Origin: Ranitomeya imitator
Taxonomy: Eukaryota
Direction: 5' to 3'
Length of the DNA: 64,000 nt
Assembly: GCF_032444005.1 (NCBI RefSeq)
Contig: NC_091290.1
Location: 135,966,001 to 136,030,000 of the forward strand
Shown: positions 13,179-21,971 of the stretch, one piece after another
Layout: each line of letters opens with the position of its first letter
How positions within the stretch are numbered: position 1 is the first letter of the stretch
Program-made: the position numbers and the translations under genes
The notes under the pieces: model-generated
The model's database searches: none
Told to the model about the DNA's origin: nothing
The model's input: the letters and a program-made list of their open reading frames with translations, nothing else

Positions 13179-13458
13179 TATTATTATTATTATTATTATT
13201 TATTATTATAGCGCCATTTATTCCATGGCGCTTTACATGTGAGGAGGGGTATACATAATAAAACAAGTACAATAATCTTGAAAAATACAAGTCACAACTG
13301 GTACAGGAGGAGAGAGGACCCTGCCCGCGAGGGCTCACAATCTACAAGGGATGGGTGAGGATACAGTAGGTGAGGGTAGAGCTGGCCGTGCAGCGGTTTG
13401 GTCAATCGGTGGTTACTGCAGGTTGTAGGCTTGTCGGAAGAGGTGGGTCTTCAGGTTC
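13179..13458 (-). mobile_element. L2-type LINE/SINE 3' end inserted in the DIRS 3' region
   Basis: (ATT)n tail at 13179-13210 next to the L2-type tail tgtaaagcgccatggaataaatggcgctataataataa (minus strand). Candidate TSD tccatat at 13172-78 and 13459-65. Confidence 0.7.
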
Positions 13459-13571
13459 TCCATATATATATATATACATATTTACAACCTTATGCTACTT
13501 TCTTCTAATATTTACACCTCACCAAAGAAGCACCACGTGCGACTATATACAGAAAAGGGAGGGATGTGAAA

Positions 13572-13657
13572 GGGTGCTGTCGTGGGCTCTATAAAAGAGC
13601 ATTACCGGTGAGTAATCCGGTATTTTCTATTCGCCACGACAGCACCCACTAGAGAGA
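13572..13657. repeat. DIRS internal complementary region (ICR, circle-junction template)
   Basis: gggtgctgtcgtgggctc...ccggtattttc is the reverse complement of the left terminus (12983 onward). It is fused through ttttc to tattcgccacgacagcacccactagagaga, the reverse complement of the right terminus. Confidence 0.93.
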
Positions 13658-13667
13658 ATTTCAGAGA

Positions 13668-15104
13668 CTATAGACTGGGTGGGTTTACTGAGTCAAGGAC
13701 CGATACCCCAAAAGTCAGATCAGAAGCAGAAGATAGATCTAATCTATAATGTTTATAGAAGGTATTAGGTGAAGACCAAGTTGCAGCCTTACATATAAGG
13801 TCTATTGGCACATTCGCCCTTTCTGCCCAGGAAGTCGACAAGGCTCTTGTAGAGTGCGCTCCTATATGCATTGGAGGATCTCTACCTCCAGCTTTATACG
13901 CCAAGATTATGGCCTCTCTGATCCAGCGAGATAATGTGTTCTTTGTCACTCTGGTACCTTTGGTTTTACCCTGGAAAGACACAAAGAGAGCCCTACTCTT
14001 CCTCCAGTCCCTGGTTCTCTCTAAATAGGCTAACACAATCCTTTTTACATCTAGAGTATGAAGTTTTACTTCTTCTGGAGTTGAGTGGTTCTCATAAAAG
14101 GTAGGTAACAAGATCTCCTGGGCTCTATGAAAAGTAGTGGCTACTTTAGGAAGATAACAAGGGTCTGTTTTCAAAATGATCCTATCTGATGTTACCGATA
14201 AAAAGGGAGGATCTATAGATAATGCATGGAGATCGCTCACTCTTCTAGCAGAAACTAATGCCACTAACAATACCGTTTTCAAAGAAATATTTTTTAGTGA
14301 GGCTGTATGGAGAGGCTCAAACGATGGCTGTGTCAATGCTTCCAGGACTATGGATAAATCCCACTGAGGAACCTGCGGTATGCTAATTGGTCTTGAACGC
14401 TCACAGGCAGATATAAATCGGGATATCCACCTATTACCCGCAACATCATAATTAAAAAGAGCTCCTAAAGCTGAAACCTGGACCTTCAGAGTGCTTACGG
14501 AGAGTCCTAATTCCAAACCTCTTTGTAGAAATTCCAACACTGGAAATATAGGAACTTCAGATGAAAGTTGTGCAGTATGGAATTGAAGAAATTTTCTCCA
14601 AATTCTAACATAAATTCTAGTAGTTGAAGGTTTTCTACTCTTCATAAGAGTGTTAATTAACCCACTAGAAAATCCCCTTATACTTAGTAACTGCCTCTCA
14701 AACTCCAGGCAGTCAGGTTCATGCCCTTTGCCTGAGGATGGAGGAATGGTCCCTGAGAGAGCAAGTCCTTGGACTGAGGCAGAATCCACGGGTCTGACAC
14801 TGACATCGCCCTCAGCCATGAGAACCATGGCCTTTTGGGCCAGAATGGGGCTATTAACAGAACTCTTGCGCCTTCCTCCCTTATTTTTCTTATTACTATA
14901 GGTAATAGATTCCATGGGGGGAAAGCATAGGCCAGGTCGAATGTCCATGGTACCTGGAGGGCATCGAGTATGTCCGGCTTGTCCTCCCTGCATAGAGAGG
15001 CAAACCTCCTGACCTGACGGTTGGCTCTTGTGGAAAACAAGTCTATTTGAGGAACACCCCATCGAGCTGTTATTAATCTGAAAATCTTCCTGTTCAGCAT
15101 CCAT
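13668..15104 (-). CDS. DIRS tyrosine recombinase (478 aa, open)
   Basis: R-H-R-Y catalytic residues in SARRVSDL, HSTRALSTSWA and TFYKHYRL. Overlaps the 3' end of pol in another frame, as is typical for DIRS. Confidence 0.94.
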   Translation of the reverse strand: MDAEQEDFQINNSSMGCSSNRLVFHKSQPSGQEVCLSMQGGQAGHTRCPPGTMDIRPGLCFPPMESITYSNKKNKGGRRKSSVNSPILAQKAMVLMAEGDVSVRPVDSASVQGLALSGTIPPSSGKGHEPDCLEFERQLLSIRGFSSGLINTLMKSRKPSTTRIYVRIWRKFLQFHTAQLSSEVPIFPVLEFLQRGLELGLSVSTLKVQVSALGALFNYDVAGNRWISRFISACERSRPISIPQVPQWDLSIVLEALTQPSFEPLHTASLKNISLKTVLLVALVSARRVSDLHALSIDPPFLSVTSDRIILKTDPCYLPKVATTFHRAQEILLPTFYENHSTPEEVKLHTLDVKRIVLAYLERTRDWRKSRALFVSFQGKTKGTRVTKNTLSRWIREAIILAYKAGGRDPPMHIGAHSTRALSTSWAERANVPIDLICKAATWSSPNTFYKHYRLDLSSASDLTFGVSVLDSVNPPSL

Positions 15105-16564
15105 TCTCCCTGATGAAGAGTGTGACGGCTGAGGAAATCGGCATGAAAATTGTCTATGCCCCTGATGTGCACTGCTGACAAGGATAGCAGATGACCTTCG
15201 GCCAACTCCATGATGTCTGAAGCCACTTCTCTGAGTTTGTCCGACCTTGTACCTCCTTCATGGTTCAGATAAGCCACCGCAGTGCTGTTGTCGGAGAATA
15301 CTCTTGTGTGAGAGCCGCTGAGCTGAGGAAGAAAGTGAAGTAGGGAGTAGTATATAGCCCTCAACTCTTTGACATTTGAGGAATTATTAAGTTCTGAACT
15401 GGACCAAAGACCCTGGACCCACTGATCCTGAAAATGTGCCCCCCAGCCTTCAGGACTAGTGTCTGTGGTCACTATACTAGAAGGGGTGATTACCCATAGA
15501 ACCCCTCTCGAAAGATTTTTTCGATTCAACCACCACATAAGGGAGTGTACTACTTCTGACGTTAGGAAAACTGTTCTATCCAGACATCCTCTATTTTTAA
15601 TGTCCTCATCCAATACAAATTTTTGTAGATGCCTAGTATGGAACTGCGCCCACTGGACCGCAGGAATGCACGATGTTAGAGAACCTAGTAGTGACATGAC
15701 ATTCCTTAATGACATACTACGCTTTCTGATCGCTAAGGACACTTTATCGAATATGGAAGTTTTCTTATCCTCAGGAAGCTTGCAAATCTGGTCAACTGAA
15801 TCTAGAAGGAGCCCAAGGAATTTCTGACACGTTACTGGCTGGAGTCTAGATTTTTCCCAATTAACCAGCCAGCCCAGGTTTTGTAAGGATGACACTACCT
15901 CCTGTAACCTCTGCTCACACTGTAGGGAGTTCTTACCTACAATCAATAGGTCATCCAAATACGGAATGACCAAGGTATCTTTTACCCGTAAAAAGGACAT
16001 TACTTCCACTAGCAATTTAGTAAAAACCCTTGGGGCCATAGATAAACTGAAGGGCATTGCCCGGTATTGTAGATGACGAATTTGCCCTTCTATACAAACT
16101 GCTACCCGAAGAGATTGCTGATGTAAATGGTGTATAGGAATATGGTAATAAGCATCTTTAAGATCCAATACTACCATGTAACAGTTTGGAAATAGATTTT
16201 TTATGGCCGAACGTATGGATTCCATTTTAAATGTTTTGGGTCTTATAAAGGAGTTCAGTTTTCTCAAGTTAATTATAGTTCTGAAAGAGCCATCAGGCTT
16301 ACTAATCAGAAATAAGGGAGAGTAAAATCCCCTCCCTATCTGGGAAGATGGAACCTCTACCAGGACTTGTTTGAGTAAGAGGGATTTAACTTCGGTTTCA
16401 AGTGCCTCTTGTTGAGGCCTGGATCTTAAGGTGGTAAGGAGGAAGGAGTCCGGAGGCCTTCTAATAAAGTCTAATGTGAGGCCTGAAGATATTAAATCAA
16501 TGGCCCATGGATTAACCGTTATGTCTTTCCACTGCTTACTAAATTGTTTTAGTCTTCCTCCCAC
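14684..16564 (-). CDS. DIRS pol: reverse transcriptase, RNase H and Dam-like methyltransferase domain (626 aa, open; GTG start)
   Basis: VGGRL start, LDLKDAYYHIPI, PYLDD; RNase H motifs TTDTS..GWGAH, NVKELRAI, SDNSTAVAY; methyltransferase-like motifs IDLFS, YAFPP, APFWPKRPWF. Confidence 0.94.
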   Translation of the reverse strand: MGGRLKQFSKQWKDITVNPWAIDLISSGLTLDFIRRPPDSFLLTTLRSRPQQEALETEVKSLLLKQVLVEVPSSQIGRGFYSPLFLISKPDGSFRTIINLRKLNSFIRPKTFKMESIRSAIKNLFPNCYMVVLDLKDAYYHIPIHHLHQQSLRVAVCIEGQIRHLQYRAMPFSLSMAPRVFTKLLVEVMSFLRVKDTLVIPYLDDLLIVGKNSLQCEQRLQEVVSSLQNLGWLVNWEKSRLQPVTCQKFLGLLLDSVDQICKLPEDKKTSIFDKVSLAIRKRSMSLRNVMSLLGSLTSCIPAVQWAQFHTRHLQKFVLDEDIKNRGCLDRTVFLTSEVVHSLMWWLNRKNLSRGVLWVITPSSIVTTDTSPEGWGAHFQDQWVQGLWSSSELNNSSNVKELRAIYYSLLHFLPQLSGSHTRVFSDNSTAVAYLNHEGGTRSDKLREVASDIMELAEGHLLSLSAVHIRGIDNFHADFLSRHTLHQGEWMLNRKIFRLITARWGVPQIDLFSTRANRQVRRFASLCREDKPDILDALQVPWTFDLAYAFPPWNLLPIVIRKIREEGARVLLIAPFWPKRPWFSWLRAMSVSDPWILPQSKDLLSQGPFLHPQAKGMNLTAWSLRGSY

Positions 16565-16577
16565 CGGTGAAATATAA

Positions 16578-18778
16578 TCAGCGGAATTTATCTGCTGGCT
16601 TGAAGGGGCGCTTATTGAACAAATTTCCTTTTTGTTTGAAATCTTTGTTATTCCATCGGTCCCTGAAGCCTACCTTCCTTCCGAATGGTGGCTTCTTGAA
16701 CGCCCTTCTGTAAGAAGGAATAAAGGGATTAGGGAACCCCTTCTTCCTTTCACCTGCCTTAGTGAGAATTTCGTCTAAGACCGTTCCAAAGAGGTACTCA
16801 CCCTGGCAGGGTATAGTACACAATTTAGCCCTGGACTGGGCATCCCCTTTCCAATTCTTTAACCATAAAGCGCGCCGTGCCGTATTAGTGAGGCTGGCTG
16901 TTCTGGCTGCTAGGCGGAGAGAGTCTATAGAGGCATCAGAAATGAAGGCTGCCGCCCCCTTAATCAAAGGAATAGAGGCACGTAGTTTCTCCCTAGATAC
17001 ACCACTCTTAATATTTTGGTCCAACTGCTCCAGCCAGACCAGCATAGATCTACTAGTGGACGTAGCTGAGATCGCCGGTTTAAATGCCGTGACACAAGCT
17101 TCCCATGACCTTTTAAGCAGAGCGTCTGATTTTCTATCCATGGGGTCAGGCAAGGAGCCCGCATCCTCTACGGGTAAGGAGGATCGGCGAGAAGTTGATG
17201 CTACAGCCGCATCCACTTTAGGAATTTTAGACGAAACTGCCAAGTCCTCATCATCAAAGGGGTACCGCCTCTTACATGATACCGGTACAAAGCCCTTCTG
17301 TCCTTTAGCCCATTCTTTTTTAACAAGGTCTTTAATTGCCTGATTCACAGGGAATACTTGGCCCTTTCGCTGCAATAAACCTGCGAACATGATGTCCTGT
17401 GGTGTCTGGGGATCTTTAGACTCTGACACCCCCATTGTTCCTCTTACAGCTTTAAAGGTACCTTCACACATAACGATATTGTTAACGATATCGTTGCTAT
17501 TTGTGACGTAGCAACGATATCGTTAATGAAATCGTTATGTGTGACAGCGACCAACGATCAGGCCCCTGCTGGGAGATCGTTGGTCGCTGAAGAAAGTCCA
17601 GAACTTTATTTCGTCGCTGGATCTCCCGTGGACATCGCTGGATCGGCGTGTGTGACACCGATCCAGCGATGTCTTCACTGGTAACCAGGGTAAACATCGG
17701 GTAACTAAGCGCAGGGCCGCGCTTAGTAACCCGATGTTTACCCTGGTTACCATGCTAAAAGTTAAAAAAAACAAACAGTACATACTTACCTACCGCTGTC
17801 TGTCCTCCAGCGCTGCGCTCTGCACTCCTCCTGTACTGTCTGTGAGCCGGAAAGCAGAGCGGTGACGTCACCGCTCTGCTTTCCGGCTCCCAGACAGTAC
17901 AGGAGGAGAGCAGAGAAGCAGAGCGCAGCGCTGGAGGACAGACAGCGGTAGGTAAGTATGTAGTGTTTGTTTTTTTTTACTTTTAGCATGGTAACCAGGG
18001 TAAACATCGGGTTACTAAGCGCGGCCCTGCGCTTAGTTACCCGATGTTTACCCTGGTTACCGGCATCGTTGGTCGCTGGAGAGCTGTCTGTGTGACAGCT
18101 CTCCAGCGACCAAACAGCGACGCTGCAGCGATTCGGATCGTTGTCGGTATCGCTGCAGCGTCGCTAAATGTGAAGGGGCCTTAACCAAATTATTTACATT
18201 GTCTGTAGGAAAACAGACATAATCTTCCTCCTCCGAGGAATCCAATCTCTGAGAGATGTCTGAGTCCACCTCTCCACTTTCTGCTGATGTGTCGGCTATA
18301 GGTGAAAGAGTCCTTCTACTTCTCCTTTCCATATTAACCGCCGGACTACCCCTCAAGGACTGAAGCTCTTCCCGGATCATGAGACGTATGTCATTCATCC
18401 TGACCGAACTCTCCTGCTGTAAAGTGTTATCAATGCAATGTTGATATAGCTCCTTAATATATGAGTCAGGTAGGGGCTCATTACATATCTTACACTGCTT
18501 ATGTTTAGATTTTGACGTCCGCTTAGCCTACAAAAAAGACACAAGCAGAGGAGACTACTGTAAGAGATATGAAGCTATATATACACTTATCCGGAAAATA
18601 AAATATATACCGGCTGCAGAGTTGTCTGGTCGGCCTGGGGTTTGGAATGGGACGATTTTTACCCTGATTTATCCGTGGAATCACTCATTTTTGAGTGTCC
18701 ACTGATTTTCTTATTAGCATCACCACTAGGCAGGATTACGACCTCCAGTGGGCGCTCAATATCTTCCTGAGACGACAT
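16578..18778 (-). pseudogene. DIRS gag-like ORF1 (LAP2alpha-like domain), split by a putative intron and disrupted by a MITE and one premature stop
   Basis: Exon 1 at 18778-18611 (MSSQEDIERP..., TAA at codon 40). GT-AG intron at 18610-18528. Exon 2 reads AKRTSKSKHKQCKICNEPLP...NVNNLVK/AVRGTMG... to the stop at 16578 once MITE 17456-18181 is removed. Contains KVDAAV, DPMDRK, ARRALWL and LFG motifs typical of DIRS ORF1. Confidence 0.85.
17456..18181. mobile_element. Palindromic Harbinger/PIF-type MITE inserted in DIRS gag
   Basis: TAA TSD at 17453-55 and 18182-84. TIR aggtaccttcacac / atgtgaaggggcct. Removing it restores the gag frame (LVK-AVR). Confidence 0.88.
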
Positions 18779-19527
18779 GGTGCGCACAGTGCCATGTGTC
18801 TTCAGCCTTATATAGTGCCGTTCTTACAAGGGATACACGCCCCCATCGTTCCTCCCCCCTTTTTTTTTTTTTTTACCTGACCAACTTTATTGGCCCTCTC
18901 CACCGCTGTTGAGCGCCAAGGCGTCCACGCCAGCACGCTCAGCTGACCCCGCATACCCGGAAGTTCCTCTTTACATCCGGGTACGCCGACCATACAGCGC
19001 CTGCATGTGCGCTCGCGCGTCTTCCTTCTATGCTGCAGAGGAAGAGAAGCTCCTGCTACCGCGGCCGTTCATGCCCCACTGTGGCCGGAGGGTAAGCGCT
19101 TTCCATAGCGACACTTACTTGATGTGCCGACGGGGATTCTTTAGGCGGTGGAGCAAAAACCAACGGTCTCCCAACAGGGAGACTGTTGTGATCCCGGCAT
19201 GCTGCTGATGTATCCAGATGAGGGGGGAACCAACAGGAACACCCGTCTCTGACGCTCGCTCTGGGGCCCCTGTCGCTCAACAGAGACGTACAGGCTGTGT
19301 TCCAGGCGAGCTTTTCCTCTTCTTAGCTGCAGAGATTCTCTCTGAGGGTTTCCTCCTTGGGAACAGGAAACCAACTGAGGAGCGAGGGGGGGCCGCCCCT
19401 TTTATCTCTCTGTAGGTTTCCTGTTCCTAGGGGCGGATCCCCTCTCTCTCTAGTGGGTGCTGTCGTGGCGAATAGAAAAGAACATTGTTGAGACACATAA
19501 AAACAATGAATTCCATGTTCCTCATTG

Positions 19528-19788
19528 TTTTATATTATAGCTTATATAGCGCCATTACTTTCTGCAGCATTTCACAGACAGCATCATCTCTGTTCCCATT
19601 GGGACTCACAATCTAAATTCATCATTTGTTTTTCTTTGGAATGTGGGAGGAAACCAGAGAACCAGGAGGAAACCCACGCAAACACGGGGAGAACATACAA
19701 ACTCTTTGCAGATGTTGTCCTTGGTGGGATTTGAACCCAGTACCCCTTCACTACATGGCTACAGTACTAACCACTGACACACCATGCT
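19528..19788 (-). mobile_element. tRNA-derived SINE with V-domain-like core and L2-like tail
   Basis: Minus strand shows an A-box-like tggtgtgtcagtgg and a B-box ggttcaaatcc, then ttctccccgtgtttgcgtgggtttcctcc...tttcctcccaca, ending in an ggcgctatataagc tail. Confidence 0.8.
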
Positions 19789-20801
19789 AATTGTGGCATG
19801 AAAGAACTAGTGTTGCAAGTTATTTTTTTCTGTATATTTTCTGTCTTTAAACAGAGTCCTCAATAATATTGTCCTTTTGAAGGTATATCTACTTGCCTCA
19901 CTCTGACCAGAGAACTTCACTGCCCTCCTAGAAACCCAGGAACTCCCACAAGTACCCAATTTCTGTCCAAACAAGTCAATGAGGGATATTCATCAAAACA
20001 AACTGGGCGAAGTGTTTGCTCATTAACCCAGACATCCAACTCATGACATAAAGGGCCAGACTCTTCGTCATTGATCTATCTAGAAAGTCAGAACCAGACA
20101 CCACTCAGTTCTCCGGACTCTCATTGCTACACACCAGTTACGGGTATCCTGGCCTCCTCTCCCTTCACCTGGGTCTGCTGCTCTCTGTTGTGCTCCATGT
20201 TGTCTTTTTGCAGGTTGCCCAGCGTCGATCAATTACATAATTTCCCTATACTTATTTAAGGCACACTGATCATACACACCAATCTCTAGGGATTGAGACT
20301 CTAGTGTTCTTTGCTTGTATGCTCCACTATATATACTCTAGTGTTTCAACTCACATCCATCCCTGCTAGGTTCCACTTCATCTGTCCGTCAGTTCTTAAG
20401 TTTTCAGTTAGACCTAGTCCTTACTATTCCATGTGTTCTCTGGAAGCTGCACCAACGCCTGGGGTCCATATGTCCACCTGGACCAGAGGCTTAGCAGATC
20501 CACCTCACCTGGTGAGATCTTACCCTTATTTGTGTAGCTAACCAAGACCAGGAGCTTAAAAATGCTAACACATCTACCAAAATGAGCTTACTCAATCAAT
20601 AATTTACATAGGTGCTAACTTACCAACTGCGGCGTTCACCTAAACACAAAGACTCATACATGCATACAAATATGTGTCTGTAGTATCTTGTTGCATCGGG
20701 AGCTGTATTGACCTTGTAAAAAATGCTACGGTTATTATTACAATCCTTTTTTTTAACAGCTTTTCTCTTTTTTCTCCCTTTGCCTAGGGCTCATGTAGAT
20801 T

Positions 20802-21971
20802 ATGTTGAAGGTCTGCAAATGTAAGTTTTTTGGGTTATTCCTGATAACCGCTCAGACTGTGGGATTCATAGTCATGATGATGGGGATTCAGTACTACAAT
20901 CTGTCTCCAACGGTTAAAAAACCAGAGCGGATGCACATCCTCATCCTTTCTACATGGAGATCGGGATCTTCCTTTACTGGCCAAATCTTCAGTCAACACC
21001 CCGATGTCTTCTACTTGATGGAACCTGCATGGCACGTGTGGACTAGCTTGCCAGGTCAAAACGTTAAAGTCTTAAAAATGGCCGTCAGGGACTTGGTTCG
21101 TTCCGCCTTCTTGTGTGACATGTCCGTATTTGATGCCTACATGCCGGAGAAAAGGTATAAGTCAACTTTGTTTCAATGGGAGACCAGCCGTGCTTTATGT
21201 TCTCCACCAGCTTGCAAACTTTTTCAGCGTACCGATATTATATCTCAGACCAGCTGCCGGATGCTTTGTAAAGACTACTCGTTTGACACCATTGAAAATT
21301 CGTGTAAAACCCACACCCATATTGTAGTGAAAGAAGTGAGGTTTTTCGATCTGCAGAGTCTTTATCCGTTATTAGAAGATCCGTCTCTGAATCTCAAAAT
21401 CTTGCACTTGGTGCGGGATCCGCGTGCCATTTTTCAGTCCCGAGATATAGCAGCTTCTTATCTTTCTCCGGATAATGATATCATTTTCCGGGGAATAGCA
21501 AAAAACAAATCTGACTACAAATCAGATGACATACCCTACAAGCTGATAGAAGCGATTTGCAAGAGTCAGGTAGACATTTATCTGTCGGCCATTAATGGCA
21601 GCCACATTGCTGTGGATAGTCGCTACATGATGGTACGTTATGAAGACATAGTACAGGACCCTATAGAGAAGGCTAGGCAGATGTATCTGTTTGGTACACT
21701 AAATTTTACCCCACAACTGAGAAGCTGGATACACAACATAACCCATGGGAAAGGCCGAGGGAGCATGTTTGTCGTCCACTCCAGAGATGCGGAAAAGGTC
21801 TCCAATGCGTGGCGCGACATTTTGAAGTTTGAAACGATCCAAAAGATACAAAACATGTGCGCCGAGGCGATGGAAACTTTTGGGTACAAACTTCTTAAAA
21901 GCAAAGAAGAACAAAATAACTTAAATTACGAAACATTGCTGCCTCTGCTGGAAAGAGAAAAAGACGTCTGA
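20802..21971 (+). CDS. chst4: Carbohydrate (GlcNAc-6-O) sulfotransferase, CHST4/5/6 family, closest to CHST4; single coding exon, 389 aa
   Basis: N-terminal TM anchor, 5'-PAPS motif STWRSGSSFTG, EPAWHVW, and 3'-PAPS motif LVRDPRAIFQSR. Residues PERMH, DMSVFDAYM, LQSLYPLL and RYED recall CHST4 rather than CHST6 (from memory). Splice acceptor tttgcctag just upstream of the ATG. Confidence 0.85.
   Translation: MLKVCKCKFFGLFLITAQTVGFIVMMMGIQYYNLSPTVKKPERMHILILSTWRSGSSFTGQIFSQHPDVFYLMEPAWHVWTSLPGQNVKVLKMAVRDLVRSAFLCDMSVFDAYMPEKRYKSTLFQWETSRALCSPPACKLFQRTDIISQTSCRMLCKDYSFDTIENSCKTHTHIVVKEVRFFDLQSLYPLLEDPSLNLKILHLVRDPRAIFQSRDIAASYLSPDNDIIFRGIAKNKSDYKSDDIPYKLIEAICKSQVDIYLSAINGSHIAVDSRYMMVRYEDIVQDPIEKARQMYLFGTLNFTPQLRSWIHNITHGKGRGSMFVVHSRDAEKVSNAWRDILKFETIQKIQNMCAEAMETFGYKLLKSKEEQNNLNYETLLPLLEREKDV

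Larger units (their letters stand above)
12983..19479 (-). mobile_element. Full-length DIRS1-type tyrosine-recombinase retrotransposon
   Basis: 96-bp inverted terminal repeats at 13025-13120 and 19373-19468, identical by eye. An internal complementary region at 13572-13657 joins both termini. ORF order is gag, RT/RH/MT, YR. A GAAAA core is present at both junctions. Confidence 0.96.

Noticed and set aside
15105-15140. CTGATGA...GAAA on the + strand inside the DIRS element
   Set aside because: No stem II or stem I pairing. A chance match antisense to pol codons.
19720-19790. tRNA gene (A and B boxes on the minus strand)
   Set aside because: No cloverleaf or acceptor stem, and it continues into a SINE core and L2-like tail. 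It is a SINE head.
20802-21971. Calling the sulfotransferase CHST5 or CHST6 by human synteny
   Set aside because: Diagnostic residues recalled from human paralogues fit CHST4 better, and CHST5/6 lie on the GABARAPL2 side in human. A phylogeny is still needed.
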